Positions 1 through 11,345 are shown, counted from the stretch's first letter. The stretch is 64,000 nt of DNA from Marsupella aquatica (GCA_973895155.1 OZ316892.1:16978357-17042356), one strand, 5' to 3'. Notes: generated from the sequence alone by a model not told the origin. A program made the numbers and translations.

Positions 1-385
1 CTGAAGTTGCTTCATGAAACTTGCTACTTCTTCAAGTCGCTGCTGTTGAGGCTGTTGCTGCTGAGGCTCGCTACTGCCTCCCAGCTGAATGTGTGGCCTC
101 CTCCCTTCAAGCATACGGCTGCCATAGCCAGCCACTGACTGCCTCTGCTCGCTGCGCCCTCGGCTGCCTCTGCTTGCTGCGCCCTCGGCTGCCTCTGCTC
201 GCTCCGCCCTCGGCTGCCGTTGCTTGCTATTGCTGCTGAATCGATTTGGTGTTTGATCTCGCTGCTGAATCGATTTGTTGCTTCAACTCATTGCTTGAAC
301 TCGCTCACACCTCGTTGCTGTCTCCCTCCAAATCTGAAATTGCTCATACCTGGTGCATTATTGGCTGCTCCAACATTGGCTCCTG

Positions 386-580
386 CAACATCAGCTGCTG
401 CAAGCTTGAATAGTTTGATTTGCTCTCGACAGGGTGCTGCTGCGAGTTGCTGCAACATCAGCTGCTGCAAGCTTGAATAGCTTGATTTGCTCTCGACAGG
501 GTGTTGCTGCAAGTTGCTACAACATCAGCTGCTGGTAGTTGCTACAACATTGGCTGCTACAAGCTCGAATAGCTTGATCT
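386..580. repeat. 67-bp tandem repeat (about 2.5-3 copies) within a CTG/GCT-rich low-complexity tract (1-1150)
   Basis: CAACATCAGCTGCTG begins at 386, 453 and 520 (period 67); the flanking sequence is dominated by CTG/GCT triplets. Confidence 0.8.
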
Positions 581-1306
581 GATCTTCATAGGGTGCTGCT
601 GGGAGGAAGGACCGGTTTTTGTTCGATTGAAGGCTGCCATAGGTTCATGAGCTGCCGGTCGGAGGACATACTTTTCTTGGAGGAGAGGCATCGGCTGCTG
701 CTCAGCTCCTGCTCAGCTCGGTTGTTGAAGGACCGGAAGCTTCAATCAAGGCTGCTGCTCGGCCTACTCCTGTTGTTGCTTGACTGTTGCTGCTGGTCGG
801 CTGCTTCTTGGTTGTTGCTGCTGCTCGGCTGCTGCTCGGCTGCTACTTCGCTGCTGCTCCACTGCCACAACTAGAGCTTCATTTTTCCAGGGCCCTCTAT
901 TTCTGCTCGCTGCTGCTGGTTTTGAAGTCGCTACTCATGGCTGTGAGCTCACTTCTCCTCCGTTGCCATAGCAAAAGCTCCGTTTTGCCATAGTGCACAA
1001 TATTGGCCCTGTTTGGTGCTCGCTGCTGCTCGGCTGCCGTACATAGCTACTGCCATTGCTGGAGCTACCTGGTTTGGTGATTGCTCGATGCTGCTTGTTC
1101 CTGTTGCAGCAAGAACTTGCTACTGCTCCTTGTTGCTGGTTTGTTATTATTTCAGATCGATTCTCGTTTGGCCAAGCAAAGCTTTTCGTGGCGGAGGCTT
1201 CAATTTTGTTGGCATTCAATATACAATCGTGAATGTGGTACATTTGGTAAAATTCTGAAGCTTTGGGGATATTGAATTTCTCACTCTAATTTCTCACGGC
1301 AAGAAG

Positions 1307-1705
1307 ATGGCACCAGTTAGAAAGTTGAAAGTCATGTTGACTGAACATGCAGATGGAGTTTACAAATTGTCTTGGCAGGATCCAAATCATGTTGAGGGTT
1401 CTCCGCCCACTATTCGGACTGTCACATTGCAAGAGGTCCAAACAGATTTTCCAGACTTTTGCAATGTAGTTAGACAATGTCATTCTGATCTCAATCCAAC
1501 AGTTGCGGTAGAACAATTCATCTTGTGTGCTGCATACACTTATGCAGAGACCGTCATGAGAAGAAAACGATTTCAGGTTTACACTCACTTGGCCTATGTG
1601 GCAGGCTTTGCCGATAGAACTAAGTTTCCTAAAGCAGTCGAAACTTGTGTGAAAGAAACTTGGCATGATGAAGGGGAGGAATTTGTAGGATTCCTCCCTA
1701 ATTAG
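1307..1705 (+). CDS. 132-aa KolX-like accessory protein (resembles the C-terminal part of the P2X7 ballast domain), convergent with the transposase
   Basis: Intact ATG..TAG ORF. Its C-terminus RFQVYTHLAYVAGFADRTKFPKAVETCVKETWHDEGEEFVGF fits the RxxxY...R..xP..V...xR/K..F/WP...Y/FxGF pattern I recall for KolX/P2X7 C-terminal proteins. It lies tail-to-tail with the transposase. Motif recall only. Confidence 0.6.
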   Translation: MAPVRKLKVMLTEHADGVYKLSWQDPNHVEGSPPTIRTVTLQEVQTDFPDFCNVVRQCHSDLNPTVAVEQFILCAAYTYAETVMRRKRFQVYTHLAYVAGFADRTKFPKAVETCVKETWHDEGEEFVGFLPN

Positions 1706-4700
1706 TTAGAGACATTATGGTGCCAAAGTTGATGTTCTCCTTGCAATTTGCTACACTACTAATAAATGTTCTTGCAGAACAACTCCTGCTGGCTGGCAGC
1801 GTAAGAGGTTCAATTCCTCTTGGGAGTACATTCTATAGCACAAAATGCCATTCATAGTCATTGCCAACCTTATGGAAGAGTATAACTGATACTGGTTGAT
1901 GCATGACAGAGGTGCCAAATTCCCTTTGGGAGTCTTCACCTTATTGACATACTTCACTCTCCGAGTCATTCTGCATTTTTGCTTCAGTTTATTTCAATGT
2001 TCTTTTCTCCCCTTTCAAAAGGTGTTGAAATACATACACTCTATAGTTTTAGTGGTAACATCTCATACAAAAAAGGGAAACAACTCCAATTGTTTGTTTG
2101 GCCATGAAGAGTCTCCCAATGTCACATTTTCCACAAAACTAGGCAAAGAAAACCAATTATATTCCACAATTTAGGGGTTCTTTTGTTCGCTTTTTATTTA
2201 GTGGTGGCCAAGTTATAAACTGAGTCGAATTCATAGGACTTCAAAGCACAAACCCCCCCCCCCCAAGCAAACCACAAATCAAGTAAAGACTCCTAACCAT
2301 ATAAGGTTGTTTGGCCATGATAAACAAAAACATGACATACAAGTCATTTTATATAAGTACAAAAACTTGACATAGCAGTCAACATAGTAACATTGTATCC
2401 CTCCAGTCTGAGGATGGTAAACACTCAAAAATGGTTGGAACACTATGGGTGCCAGGTCTCGGCCCTTCTCATGGAAATTATCCCCTGCAACATTGGTATG
2501 GAATAAATTAGCATAGAGGTAACATAAGAGATACCCTAAATTACAAGATCCATTCCACACTAGGTTTTCGAATGCAAAAAAATCCTGAACAATTCTTCAC
2601 TCACATGAGATATGTTAGCCGAGGTCTTATATGGAGGTCTCGCTCCATATGTACGCTGACTTTATCTGGACACAATACTTGGGTGGTACTATCTCCATAG
2701 GATGTCATGAAATCATCCTACAACAAAAACTCAGTACAATATATTAGAATTATTATGAACAAGCGCTATATCCTTACATTTCCTTGTACCAGTCAAATTT
2801 AGTCAGTATTTTTTACCTCATGGACATGACACTCCATAAATGCGCTCACTTGTAGCGTCCTTCCAACTAGTGGTCTAGTCCACCAATACTCTTGTTCGAG
2901 GAGGGCGCTCCCTGACAGCAGTATTCACGGGTGTGCGAGCATATACCTTCCAGACATGCCTTCTGATATTCTCGTTCCAATCCATGGCAGCACAACACAA
3001 ACGGGCCTCGTGACTGGCTGAGAAATGAATGCGCTTTGTCGCATATTTGCCCATCACGGAATGGTAAGTCTCTGACATGAAATTCTCCCGGGCCATGGTA
3101 TAAAACCTCATCTTCTCGGGAGTAATGTATTTTTTCAGAAAATTCTGCATGGCCTTATGAGTCTCGCCACCTACATGTACAAAAAAAAATCAATAATAAG
3201 TCGTGCATAACATGCAATCTTGCTTACCTAACCAAGTCACATTTCACAACAGAATTACATAAGTCAACACAAATTTTACCATTCTCATAGTAACGGTCAA
3301 GCTGGATGGCCCCAGGCTCCTCAAGATGCTGACATGGTCGATCAGACAATCTCGCACATAATCTGTGATCGCCGGCCCAATGATCACCACAGTTACCCAA
3401 CTCAAAGGCCAAGGATGCAGCATCTCCCCCACTGCATAGTGGACATTCCAATTACTTAGTCTTGTGAAATAATATGTAAGTTACCCATCCCACACTTAGT
3501 ACACCTACAAATGTAAAACCTCAAAATTCACACCCTATCCAATATTATGCATACCTGCTCTTACATCGCCGACAACATACGTAGAACCATGTCTTCAACT
3601 TTGTGGCAATGTTGTGTTGAGACAGCTCTGGGTACTTGAGGCCACGTGTTGCAATATGTATCAGTTCTCCAGGTGGCAACCCACGCATGTCCCCAACTTT
3701 ATGGACCAGTGCCTCCTTCCTAAGGGCAGAGTACCCTCTCACACCCCTAGCCTTCAACCAGTCCTACAACTTCTTAGCCGTAACTGCTTGCAACTCAGAA
3801 CGGGATGCAGCTCTATCAATATCAATGGTCACAGTGTAGGTGGCACTCACCATCTTCTCCACAAACTTCTTGATAAGGTTTTTGGCCTTATGCCACAAGT
3901 CTTTCTGGTTCCGCATTCCCATGTTCTCCACAATGTTATCAATAGTGGCCTTGTCGTCATGGATGACCTCAGTGATAGAGATCCATGCCTCTCTCAAATT
4001 ATCTAGTGCCCTTTGAGTACCCTTGTCCTCCATGTGCCAAGCATTTCTCTCTTCTCTCCTGGTAATTGTAACCATCTCAATTATCCTATTATCTTCAACA
4101 TTGAGGAGAGAGGTGGTACCATGATAACCGCTCCTCGAAGAATCCCATCGAGTATCCAAGTACACCACTAATCCAGGGTCTGTCATTACAAAGCATACAT
4201 ACAAACTATGAGAACTAGATCAAACCAAAAAATTGGTAAGAAGAGCATGACCCTTGAGTACCCAAAAAAATCAAGTAGGATTTATAACGGTCAATTACTT
4301 ACCAGTGTTAGTTGCTCGGCTCTGCTCAATGTCATCCTTTAGCTGCTGCCACATATGACTTTTGTTTTCATTCCATTGTTGTTTTACAGCTGCTATCCAT
4401 CCACCCCGAGGACGTCCACGACCACTTTGAAAGTCGTGCCAATGAGCTGCAGTAGGAACATGTAAGCCAATGTGTGCTACAACAGCAGCCAAAGAGGTAT
4501 AGGTGAGGCCTGCACAAAGGGTGGAATGATACAACTGGGGGGTAATCATAGGAGAAGACCTCCCAGGCTCATTCTCGCCTGTAATATAAGTCCAACCATG
4601 ACCAACCTCCCCACATCCAATGTGAATTGACCAAAGTTGATGCAACTCGGTCACTCGCTCAACTCTTGGAGTCCTCAAACATCCATGTATATGACATCGA

Positions 4701-5370
4701 GGTAGTAGCCTGTCCACAAAAGTAGCCACCAGGTTGCGATCAAAAAATGCAATTGTAGCTGGAAGACGAGGTGCTGCTCTACGAGTCGGTTGTGTGTCAG
4801 GAGATCCTGTAGGCTGAGAGTCAGGAACTAGAGAAGGCAAAGGGTCAACGGTTGGAGCCGCTCCTGTAGGTTGAGAGTCAGGGACAATGGATGGCTCCTG
4901 GTACAAGAAACCCACAAACTTGGTGGTCAAACATTTTCTCTTTTGTTTATAATTATAAAAAAATGAACTTTGATACTAGAGTGGTGGAAGGAGAGGATTC
5001 ATACTTGTAAGTCTCCCTCATCCACATTGATGTTTGCTCCTAAAGCCACAAGAGTATCTGGATCATCCTCGCGATATAATTCTTCATCTTCCGCATCCGA
5101 AGCATATTGCTCAGCAATGTCCTCCTCCAAGAGAATATCATCCAACACATGTGACTCCGTAGCATCCTGGACAATGTTATTGGAATCATAGATGATACAA
5201 GAACTTTTGAAAATAATACATTTTTATTCTGGGAAGTGTCATGACACAGGTCTATGGTAATCCAAACCCTAAACATGACCCAATAAATAAAATCATAGTT
5301 TAGAATAGTGTTTGGCATTATGTATGATAATCTTATGGTTTATAATGTGTGTAACCTAATTGTAGTGACC

Positions 5371-5538
5371 CTAATTTTATGGTTGGGTTTAGGATATTAT
5401 ATTAGATAAGTTATATATGTGTGCCCTAAATATAGGTTATAAGGTGTACCCTAATTTCATGATTTAGTTTAGGGTATTATATTAGATAAGTTATATATGT
5501 GTGCCCTAAATATAGGTTATAAGGTGTACCCTAATTTC
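5371..5538. repeat. 80-bp intronic tandem repeat; third unit split by the copia and resumes at 11346
   Basis: Units start at 5371, 5451 and 5531 (CTAATTT..AAGGTGTACC); the sequence continues ATTTCATGGTTTGGTTTAGGGTATTATATTAGATAAG at 11346. Confidence 0.85.
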
Positions 5539-5995
5539 TGTTGAGCATAGACGACGATCGCAACGGCAAGCCCATGAACCATCCAACGCACAATAGTCGA
5601 CACAAGAGATACGTGGTTCACCTCCTTGAGGCTACGTCCACGGGAACACACAAGAGAACTTTACTGAACTCTAAGCCCGTCGGCTATACCGAGTCTCCAC
5701 AGTGTAAGCTCTCCCTATCTCTCAAGTGGCTCCATAACAATGAGCCTTGGTTCTACCTCTCCAAGCACACATGCCTCTTATGATATAGTGTGCAACTTAG
5801 TTGTACCTAACCACATAGTTGTACCTAATCACGTAGTTGTACCTAACCACATAGTTGTACCTAATCACGTAGTTGTACCTAACCACATAGTTGTACCTAA
5901 TCACGTAGTTGTACCTAACCACGTAGTTGTACCAACCCACGTTGTTGTACCAACCACGTCATACCTAACCTAGACGTAAGAGTAAATACCCAACA
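5539..5995 (-). repeat. copia 3' LTR (457 bp) with an ~9 x 18-bp U3 minisatellite (5798-5958)
   Basis: TGTTGAGC...CCCAACA; unit TAGTTGTACCTAA(C/T)CAC(A/G). The adjacent purine tract (- strand AGTCAAGGGGAAGAT, 5996-6010) is the PPT. Confidence 0.95.
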
Positions 5996-6186
5996 ATCTT
6001 CCCCTTGACTCTGGTCTAGGGGAGAGTAATACTGCCAATGTATATGATCCCTCAGCGGGAAGTTCTGGACAGAAACCAAACCGGTTTCCCTCTCTAACTA
6101 GAGCAAACCAGAACTAAGCCGTAGCCTAATACATAGGAATGAGGAAGAGCATATATCAGTAATTACAATGAATGTTTAAGAAAACT

Positions 6187-9100
6187 CTACTTGTGATGCA
6201 ATTGCAAAACCTGCAATACGTCACGGTGTCTAGAGAAACTCTCCAAAGGAATCACTTTGGTAAATGCGTCAGCCGGGTTGAGTTTACCATCAATCTTGAC
6301 TAGCTCAAACAATTTATCAGACACAGCCTGCCTGATAAAATGGTACCTGACGTCAATGTGCTTCACTCTGCTGTCCATCACCTGGTTCACAGCAAGGTGG
6401 AGCGCACTTTGACTATCACAATGGAGCTTCACATTCCCCTGTGGCAATCCCATTTCAGTGATAAGTCTATCCAACCAAATCGCTTCCTTTGCTGCTTCCG
6501 CAGCTGCAACATACTCCGCTTCTGTAGTAGACTGAGCAATACACTTCTGCAAAGTAGACCTCCAACTTATGCATCCACCGCCAAGTGTGAACACGTATCC
6601 TGTTGTTGATCTCCTTCGGTCCAAATCTTGTCCATAGTCAGAATCTACATAGCCAATCAATGATCTAGCATTCTTTGCATTCGCATCAAATAAAAGACCA
6701 TGATCCACGGTACCCTTCAAGTACCTGATAATCCACTTCACTGCTTCCCAGTGTACCTTCCCTGGATTCGACATGTACCTGCTCACCTTGCCCATAGCCA
6801 TGGCAAGATCAGGTCTAGTGCAAGTCATCAAATACATGAGACTCCCCACTGCCTTGTCATATGGAACCTTTGACATCAACCCCTTCTCTGTGTCATCCGT
6901 AGGACAGAACGCTGATGATAACTTGAAGTGTGGAGCCAACGGGGTACTTACTGGCTTGCTATTCTCCATGTTGAACCTTGCAATTACCTTCCTCGCATAA
7001 CTGCTCTGCGTCAACCATAGCTTGCCAGCCTCCAAGTCCCTAGTGATCTCCATACCCAAAATCCTCTTAGCTGGCCCTAAGTCCTTCATCTTAAACTCTG
7101 CACTAAGCAGTGCCTTGAGCTTAACAATCTCAGACCTATCCTTGGCTGCAATTAGCATGTCATCCACATAAAGTACTAAAACAATGAACCCAAAGACAAC
7201 ATTCTTCACCGGTTTCAAATACACACAAGGGTCAAATACACTTCTGTGAAAACCTTGTGACCGAATCCAATCGTCAAACCGCTTGTTCCACTGTCTTGGT
7301 GACTGCTTCAACCCATACAAGGATTTCAGCAATCTGCAAACCAATTCCTCCTGTCCTCTCTTCACAAAACCTAGCGGTTGTCTCATGAAGATCACCTCTT
7401 CCAATGTGCCATAGAGGAAAGCTGTGACAACATCCATCTGATCTAGGAGCAGACCAAACATTACAACAAGTACACACAATAGTCGTATTGTAGAGTACTT
7501 AGCAACTGGTGAGAAGACCTCATTGTAATCCACACCTTTCTCTTGTGTGAATCCCTTTGCTACCAATCTAGCCTTGTAGACCTTCGATCCACCTCCTATG
7601 GAATTATCCTTCAGCTTGTAAATCCACTTGCTGTCCACCACTTGCTGACCCTTAGGCAGCTTAACAAGCTCCCAAGTTTTGTTGTCCTTTAGTGACTGCA
7701 TCTCTGTTTGCATTGCTGCAGTCCACTTTTGCTTCTCCTTTGAAGCACTTGCCTCATGAAATGAAGAAGGTTCTCCTTCTTCCAAAATTAACGCATCACC
7801 CTCATCATCAGCTGTAAAATCATCCTCTTGCAGTTGAGATGAATCAACCCACTGTCCATACCTTGATGGAGCGCGTACAGTGCGACCAGATGTTCTTCTA
7901 GCCGATGACTCCGGTTGATCTGCGTGTGCTGGTACAATTTGAAGCTCAACAGCATCCACTTGCTGCTCACCAGCATCAACAAACTCCTCTGGTTCCTCTG
8001 GCACAGGAACCAGCTCCATAATTGGAGCAACTCCTTCTCTCCGGTCATGCACCTCATAACCAATCTCCCCCTCAACGAGATCCGGGATAGGAGATTTTCT
8101 TTTGTCAGTACGGGAGACCTGAGTATTCTCCCCCTCCTTCAATAATCTGGATTCATTGAAGGAAACATCCCTACTGACAACGAGCTTACAGGCAATAGGA
8201 TCCCATAGCCTATAGGCTTTCACACCACTCTGGTACCCAAGAAAAACACATTTCCTGGAGGTAGGATCCAACTTGGTCCTATTCTGCTTTGGTGTGAGAG
8301 CATATGCATCACTTCCAAAAATTACCAAGCCATGATAGTCTGCTTGCCGCTTATAGCGCATCTCAAACGGCGTTTTGAAATTGATAGCACTAGAAGGAGA
8401 AAGATTTACCAAATAAGCTGCGGTATTGACAGCTTCTGCCCAAAATTCTTGTGGTAAACCTGATTGGCTCAACATACTCCGTGACCGCTCCAACAGTGTC
8501 CGATTGAGCCTCTCAGCGACACCATTCTGCTGCGGAGTATAAACTGTGGTGAGATGGCGAGTTATCCCCTGTTCTGAACAGTACTCTTCAAATTCCATTG
8601 AAGTGTACTCCCCGCCGTTGTCTGACCTCAAACTCTTCACCCTTGTATCCAAACACTTGATCGTGTTTCCAGTCTGATTCTCCACCTGGGCCTTCCATTT
8701 CTTAAAAATGGACAAGACATCAGACTTATGCGTCATGAAATAAATCCACACAAATCTTGAGTAATCATCAATAAATGATACATAGTACAACTTTCCAGAG
8801 TGTGAGGGAGTCGGGGATGGACCCCACACGTCACTATGTATGTACTCAAGAACCGCTTTGGAACGATGAGTTCCAACACCAAAAGCACGACGATGCTGCT
8901 TTCCAAGAATGCAATGCTCACAAAACTCTAATTTACAAGATTGCAAATCAGAAATGAGTCCATTCTTCCGTAAGATAGCCAAACCCTTCTCACTCATGTG
9001 GCCTAGCCGTGAATGCCACAGTTGAGTCATCTCCTCGTGAGACTTGGTTACATTGGCCTCTCCACATACAGTATTGCCCTGTAACACATACAAATTCTTT

Positions 9101-9459
9101 TGTCTACTCCCCTTCAAAATCACTGTCTCTCCCGACCTGACTTGAAGTTCACCATCAATAACGCTCCATTGATGACCATTTGAATCCAACACACCGAGTG
9201 AAATCAGATTCTTACGCATGCCAGGTACATACCTGACTCCGGACACTGTGCGCACAGCGCCATCAAACATTTGAATCTTCACAAACCCAATTCCCTCAAT
9301 TTGACAGGAGTGATCATTTCCCATCAGAACTGAACCGTTTGAAATAGAGTAAGAACTGAAAAACTCACGAATGTAACAAATATGAAAAGAGCAAGCACAA
9401 TCAAGAATCCACACATCATCTGCTCTCCTAGATGACGTGCACAGGGCATACCCCCGGCT
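6187..9459 (-). CDS. copia Pol (protease-integrase-RT-RNase H), in frame with gag beyond the gag TGA
   Basis: WILDCACSFH (protease, variant of DSG), WHSRLGH..CEHC, HSDVWGP, RSDNGGEY, YKARLVAKG, YVDDML, YVDSD, KHIDVRYHF. The frame is open from 9459 to the stop at 6187. Confidence 0.95.
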   Translation of the reverse strand, partial: SRGYALCTSSRRADDVWILDCACSFHICYIREFFSSYSISNGSVLMGNDHSCQIEGIGFVKIQMFDGAVRTVSGVRYVPGMRKNLISLGVLDSNGHQWSVIDGELQVRSGETVILKGSRQKNLYVLQGNTVCGEANVTKSHEEMTQLWHSRLGHMSEKGLAILRKNGLISDLQSCKLEFCEHCILGKQHRRAFGVGTHRSKAVLEYIHSDVWGPSPTPSHSGKLYYVSFIDDYSRFVWIYFMTHKSDVLSIFKKWKAQVENQTGNTIKCLDTRVKSLRSDNGGEYTSMEFEEYCSEQGITRHLTTVYTPQQNGVAERLNRTLLERSRSMLSQSGLPQEFWAEAVNTAAYLVNLSPSSAINFKTPFEMRYKRQADYHGLVIFGSDAYALTPKQNRTKLDPTSRKCVFLGYQSGVKAYRLWDPIACKLVVSRDVSFNESRLLKEGENTQVSRTDKRKSPIPDLVEGEIGYEVHDRREGVAPIMELVPVPEEPEEFVDAGEQQVDAVELQIVPAHADQPESSARRTSGRTVRAPSRYGQWVDSSQLQEDDFTADDEGDALILEEGEPSSFHEASASKEKQKWTAAMQTEMQSLKDNKTWELVKLPKGQQVVDSKWIYKLKDNSIGGGSKVYKARLVAKGFTQEKGVDYNEVFSPVAKYSTIRLLCVLVVMFGLLLDQMDVVTAFLYGTLEEVIFMRQPLGFVKRGQEELVCRLLKSLYGLKQSPRQWNKRFDDWIRSQGFHRSVFDPCVYLKPVKNVVFGFIVLVLYVDDMLIAAKDRSEIVKLKALLSAEFKMKDLGPAKRILGMEITRDLEAGKLWLTQSSYARKVIARFNMENSKPVSTPLAPHFKLSSAFCPTDDTEKGLMSKVPYDKAVGSLMYLMTCTRPDLAMAMGKVSRYMSNPGKVHWEAVKWIIRYLKGTVDHGLLFDANAKNARSLIGYVDSDYGQDLDRRRSTTGYVFTLGGGCISWRSTLQKCIAQSTTEAEYVAAAEAAKEAIWLDRLITEMGLPQGNVKLHCDSQSALHLAVNQVMDSRVKHIDVRYHFIRQAVSDKLFELVKIDGKLNPADAFTKVIPLESFSRHRDVLQVLQLHHK

Positions 9460-10464
9460 TCATAAAACATACTCATCATTGAGTAAATCAGCTTCTCCAT
9501 CAGCCCTAGCCACATTTGCCGATGAAGTTTCCGCTGCCTTTCCCTTACAGTCTCGCTTGAAGTGTCCAACTTGGTTGCACTTCCAACATGTCACCTGCCT
9601 CCTCTGAGGGGATTTACCCTTGGACTTAGATCTGGATTTAGATCTAAACTGGGTTCTACGGTCCCCAGTTGGTCGCTGCATACTCCTCCCACGGTTAACA
9701 TTGAGGGCAGCACCAGATGATGAAGGCTGTGACGTGATGTGCATCTTCTGCTGAAGATCATCACTAAGCAGAGAACTTACCACGTCATTGTATGAAATGG
9801 TATCCCTATCACGATGCAACAACACTCGTGATAGGGACTGGTAAGATGGAGGCAATGAACTAAGAAGCTGCAGAGCCTTCGTCTCATCATTCAAAGTCTC
9901 CCCAAGGTTTTCCAAGTCAACGACCATGTCGTTGAAAGCATCCACATGGTCTTGCAACTTCGTACCAGATTCCTTCATCCTGAAACTCATCAGTTTGTAG
10001 GAAGTGTAGAGCCGGTTCGACAACTCCTTGCGGTGATACTTGCTCTGCAATTCCGCAAATAAGGACATGCAATCCTTATGTGCACCCAACTGCTTGATGA
10101 TGGGAGGCATGAGATAGAGTGTAACACACCACACTCCCTGCTCCTGCATGCGGTCCCATTGTTTCTCATCAACATCGTCTTCACGAGGGCTCAGCAGTTG
10201 GCCCATCCCTGACGCATAAAGCACTCCCTTCACCTGCTTCTCCCATAGCAAGTAGTCAGAGCGCCCATCATACTTTGTCACTTCATACTTGGGTCCCCCA
10301 AGCTTGAAAGTCCCCATCTTCTTCTTTACCGTGAGCTCCGGTAGTAGTACTGCTTCCTCCACCACACGCCGCACCGGTGATGGTATCGGTGTCACGTGCT
10401 CTTCCTCCTGCTCCTCTCTCTGCCCCTGAAACCTCCGCGGTGATCCTCGTGCTTCAAGTTCCAC
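9460..10464 (-). CDS. copia Gag with CCHC zinc knuckle
   Basis: KYDGRSDYLLW, LLSSLPPSY, CWKCNQVGHFKRDC; ends DEYVL-TGA. The true start may be the ATG near 10317 (MGTFKLGG). Confidence 0.9.
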   Translation of the reverse strand: MELEARGSPRRFQGQREEQEEEHVTPIPSPVRRVVEEAVLLPELTVKKKMGTFKLGGPKYEVTKYDGRSDYLLWEKQVKGVLYASGMGQLLSPREDDVDEKQWDRMQEQGVWCVTLYLMPPIIKQLGAHKDCMSLFAELQSKYHRKELSNRLYTSYKLMSFRMKESGTKLQDHVDAFNDMVVDLENLGETLNDETKALQLLSSLPPSYQSLSRVLLHRDRDTISYNDVVSSLLSDDLQQKMHITSQPSSSGAALNVNRGRSMQRPTGDRRTQFRSKSRSKSKGKSPQRRQVTCWKCNQVGHFKRDCKGKAAETSSANVARADGEADLLNDEYVL

Positions 10465-10874
10465 GTCTTGTCAACAACGAATGTTGATCAATTGCACTTG
10501 GTGCCGTCACCAAGTCCAACAAGGTAATTGATTTTGCTTAGCCTTCCTCTTTGCATCAAAGAGCCAATCCCGGACTCAAAAACAATCGTCTTGCCTCAAT
10601 CTCTCCGTTGAGTCAAAACACTTGACGCTTCTCCCTCCGAGTCGATTGCCAACTTTCTTCACAAAATCCAGAACGACGAAAACTTAGATCTCTCTGCACC
10701 ACGAGCTCCGTTCAACGATTTCTTCACACCGTTAGAAAGCTCTTGCCCTGATCTATCCGTTGAGCCCATAAACTCCAAGTTCCATGCGATGGAACTCTGG
10801 AAAATCCACCAACACTCAACGCTGGAAAAACCGTCATGAAATCCCGTCACGAACACACGTCACCTCCCAAGCAT

Positions 10875-10886
10875 GCTCTGATACCA
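10875..10886 (-). promoter_or_regulatory. copia primer-binding site, tRNA-iMet
   Basis: TGGTATCAGAGC on the - strand, 2 nt inside the 5' LTR boundary. Confidence 0.95.
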
Positions 10887-10888
10887 AT

Positions 10889-11345
10889 TGTTGAGCATAG
10901 ACGACGATCGCAACGGCAAGCCCATGAACCATCCAACGCACAATAGTCGACACAAGAGATACGTGGTTCACCTCCTTGAGGCTACGTCCACGGGAACACA
11001 CAAGAGAACTTTACTGAACTCTAAGCCCGTCGGCTATACCGAGTCTCCACAGTGTAAGCTCTCCCTATCTCTCAAGTGGCTCCATAACAATGAGCCTTGG
11101 TTCTACCTCTCCAAGCACACATGCCTCTTATGATATAGTGTGCAACTTAGTTGTACCTAACCACATAGTTGTACCTAATCACGTAGTTGTACCTAACCAC
11201 ATAGTTGTACCTAATCACGTAGTTGTACCTAACCACATAGTTGTACCTAATCACGTAGTTGTACCTAACCACGTAGTTGTACCAACCCACGTTGTTGTAC
11301 CAACCACGTCATACCTAACCTAGACGTAAGAGTAAATACCCAACA
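10889..11345 (-). repeat. copia 5' LTR (457 bp)
   Basis: Matches 5539-5995; followed by the TSD ATTTC. Confidence 0.95.

Larger units (their letters stand above)
5539..11345 (-). mobile_element. Full-length Ty1/copia LTR retrotransposon (5807 bp), TSD ATTTC
   Basis: Two TG...CA LTRs of 457 bp with no differences found by eye. TSD ATTTC at 5534-5538 and 11346-11350. Has an iMet PBS, a PPT, and gag-PR-IN-RT-RH order. Confidence 0.97.

Noticed and set aside
5740-5973. ORF with (VVPNHI/V)n repeats, duplicated at 11090-11323, and a CRISPR-like look of the array
   Set aside because: It is the antisense translation of the 18-bp LTR minisatellite. Units are contiguous with no unique spacers, and the context is eukaryotic.
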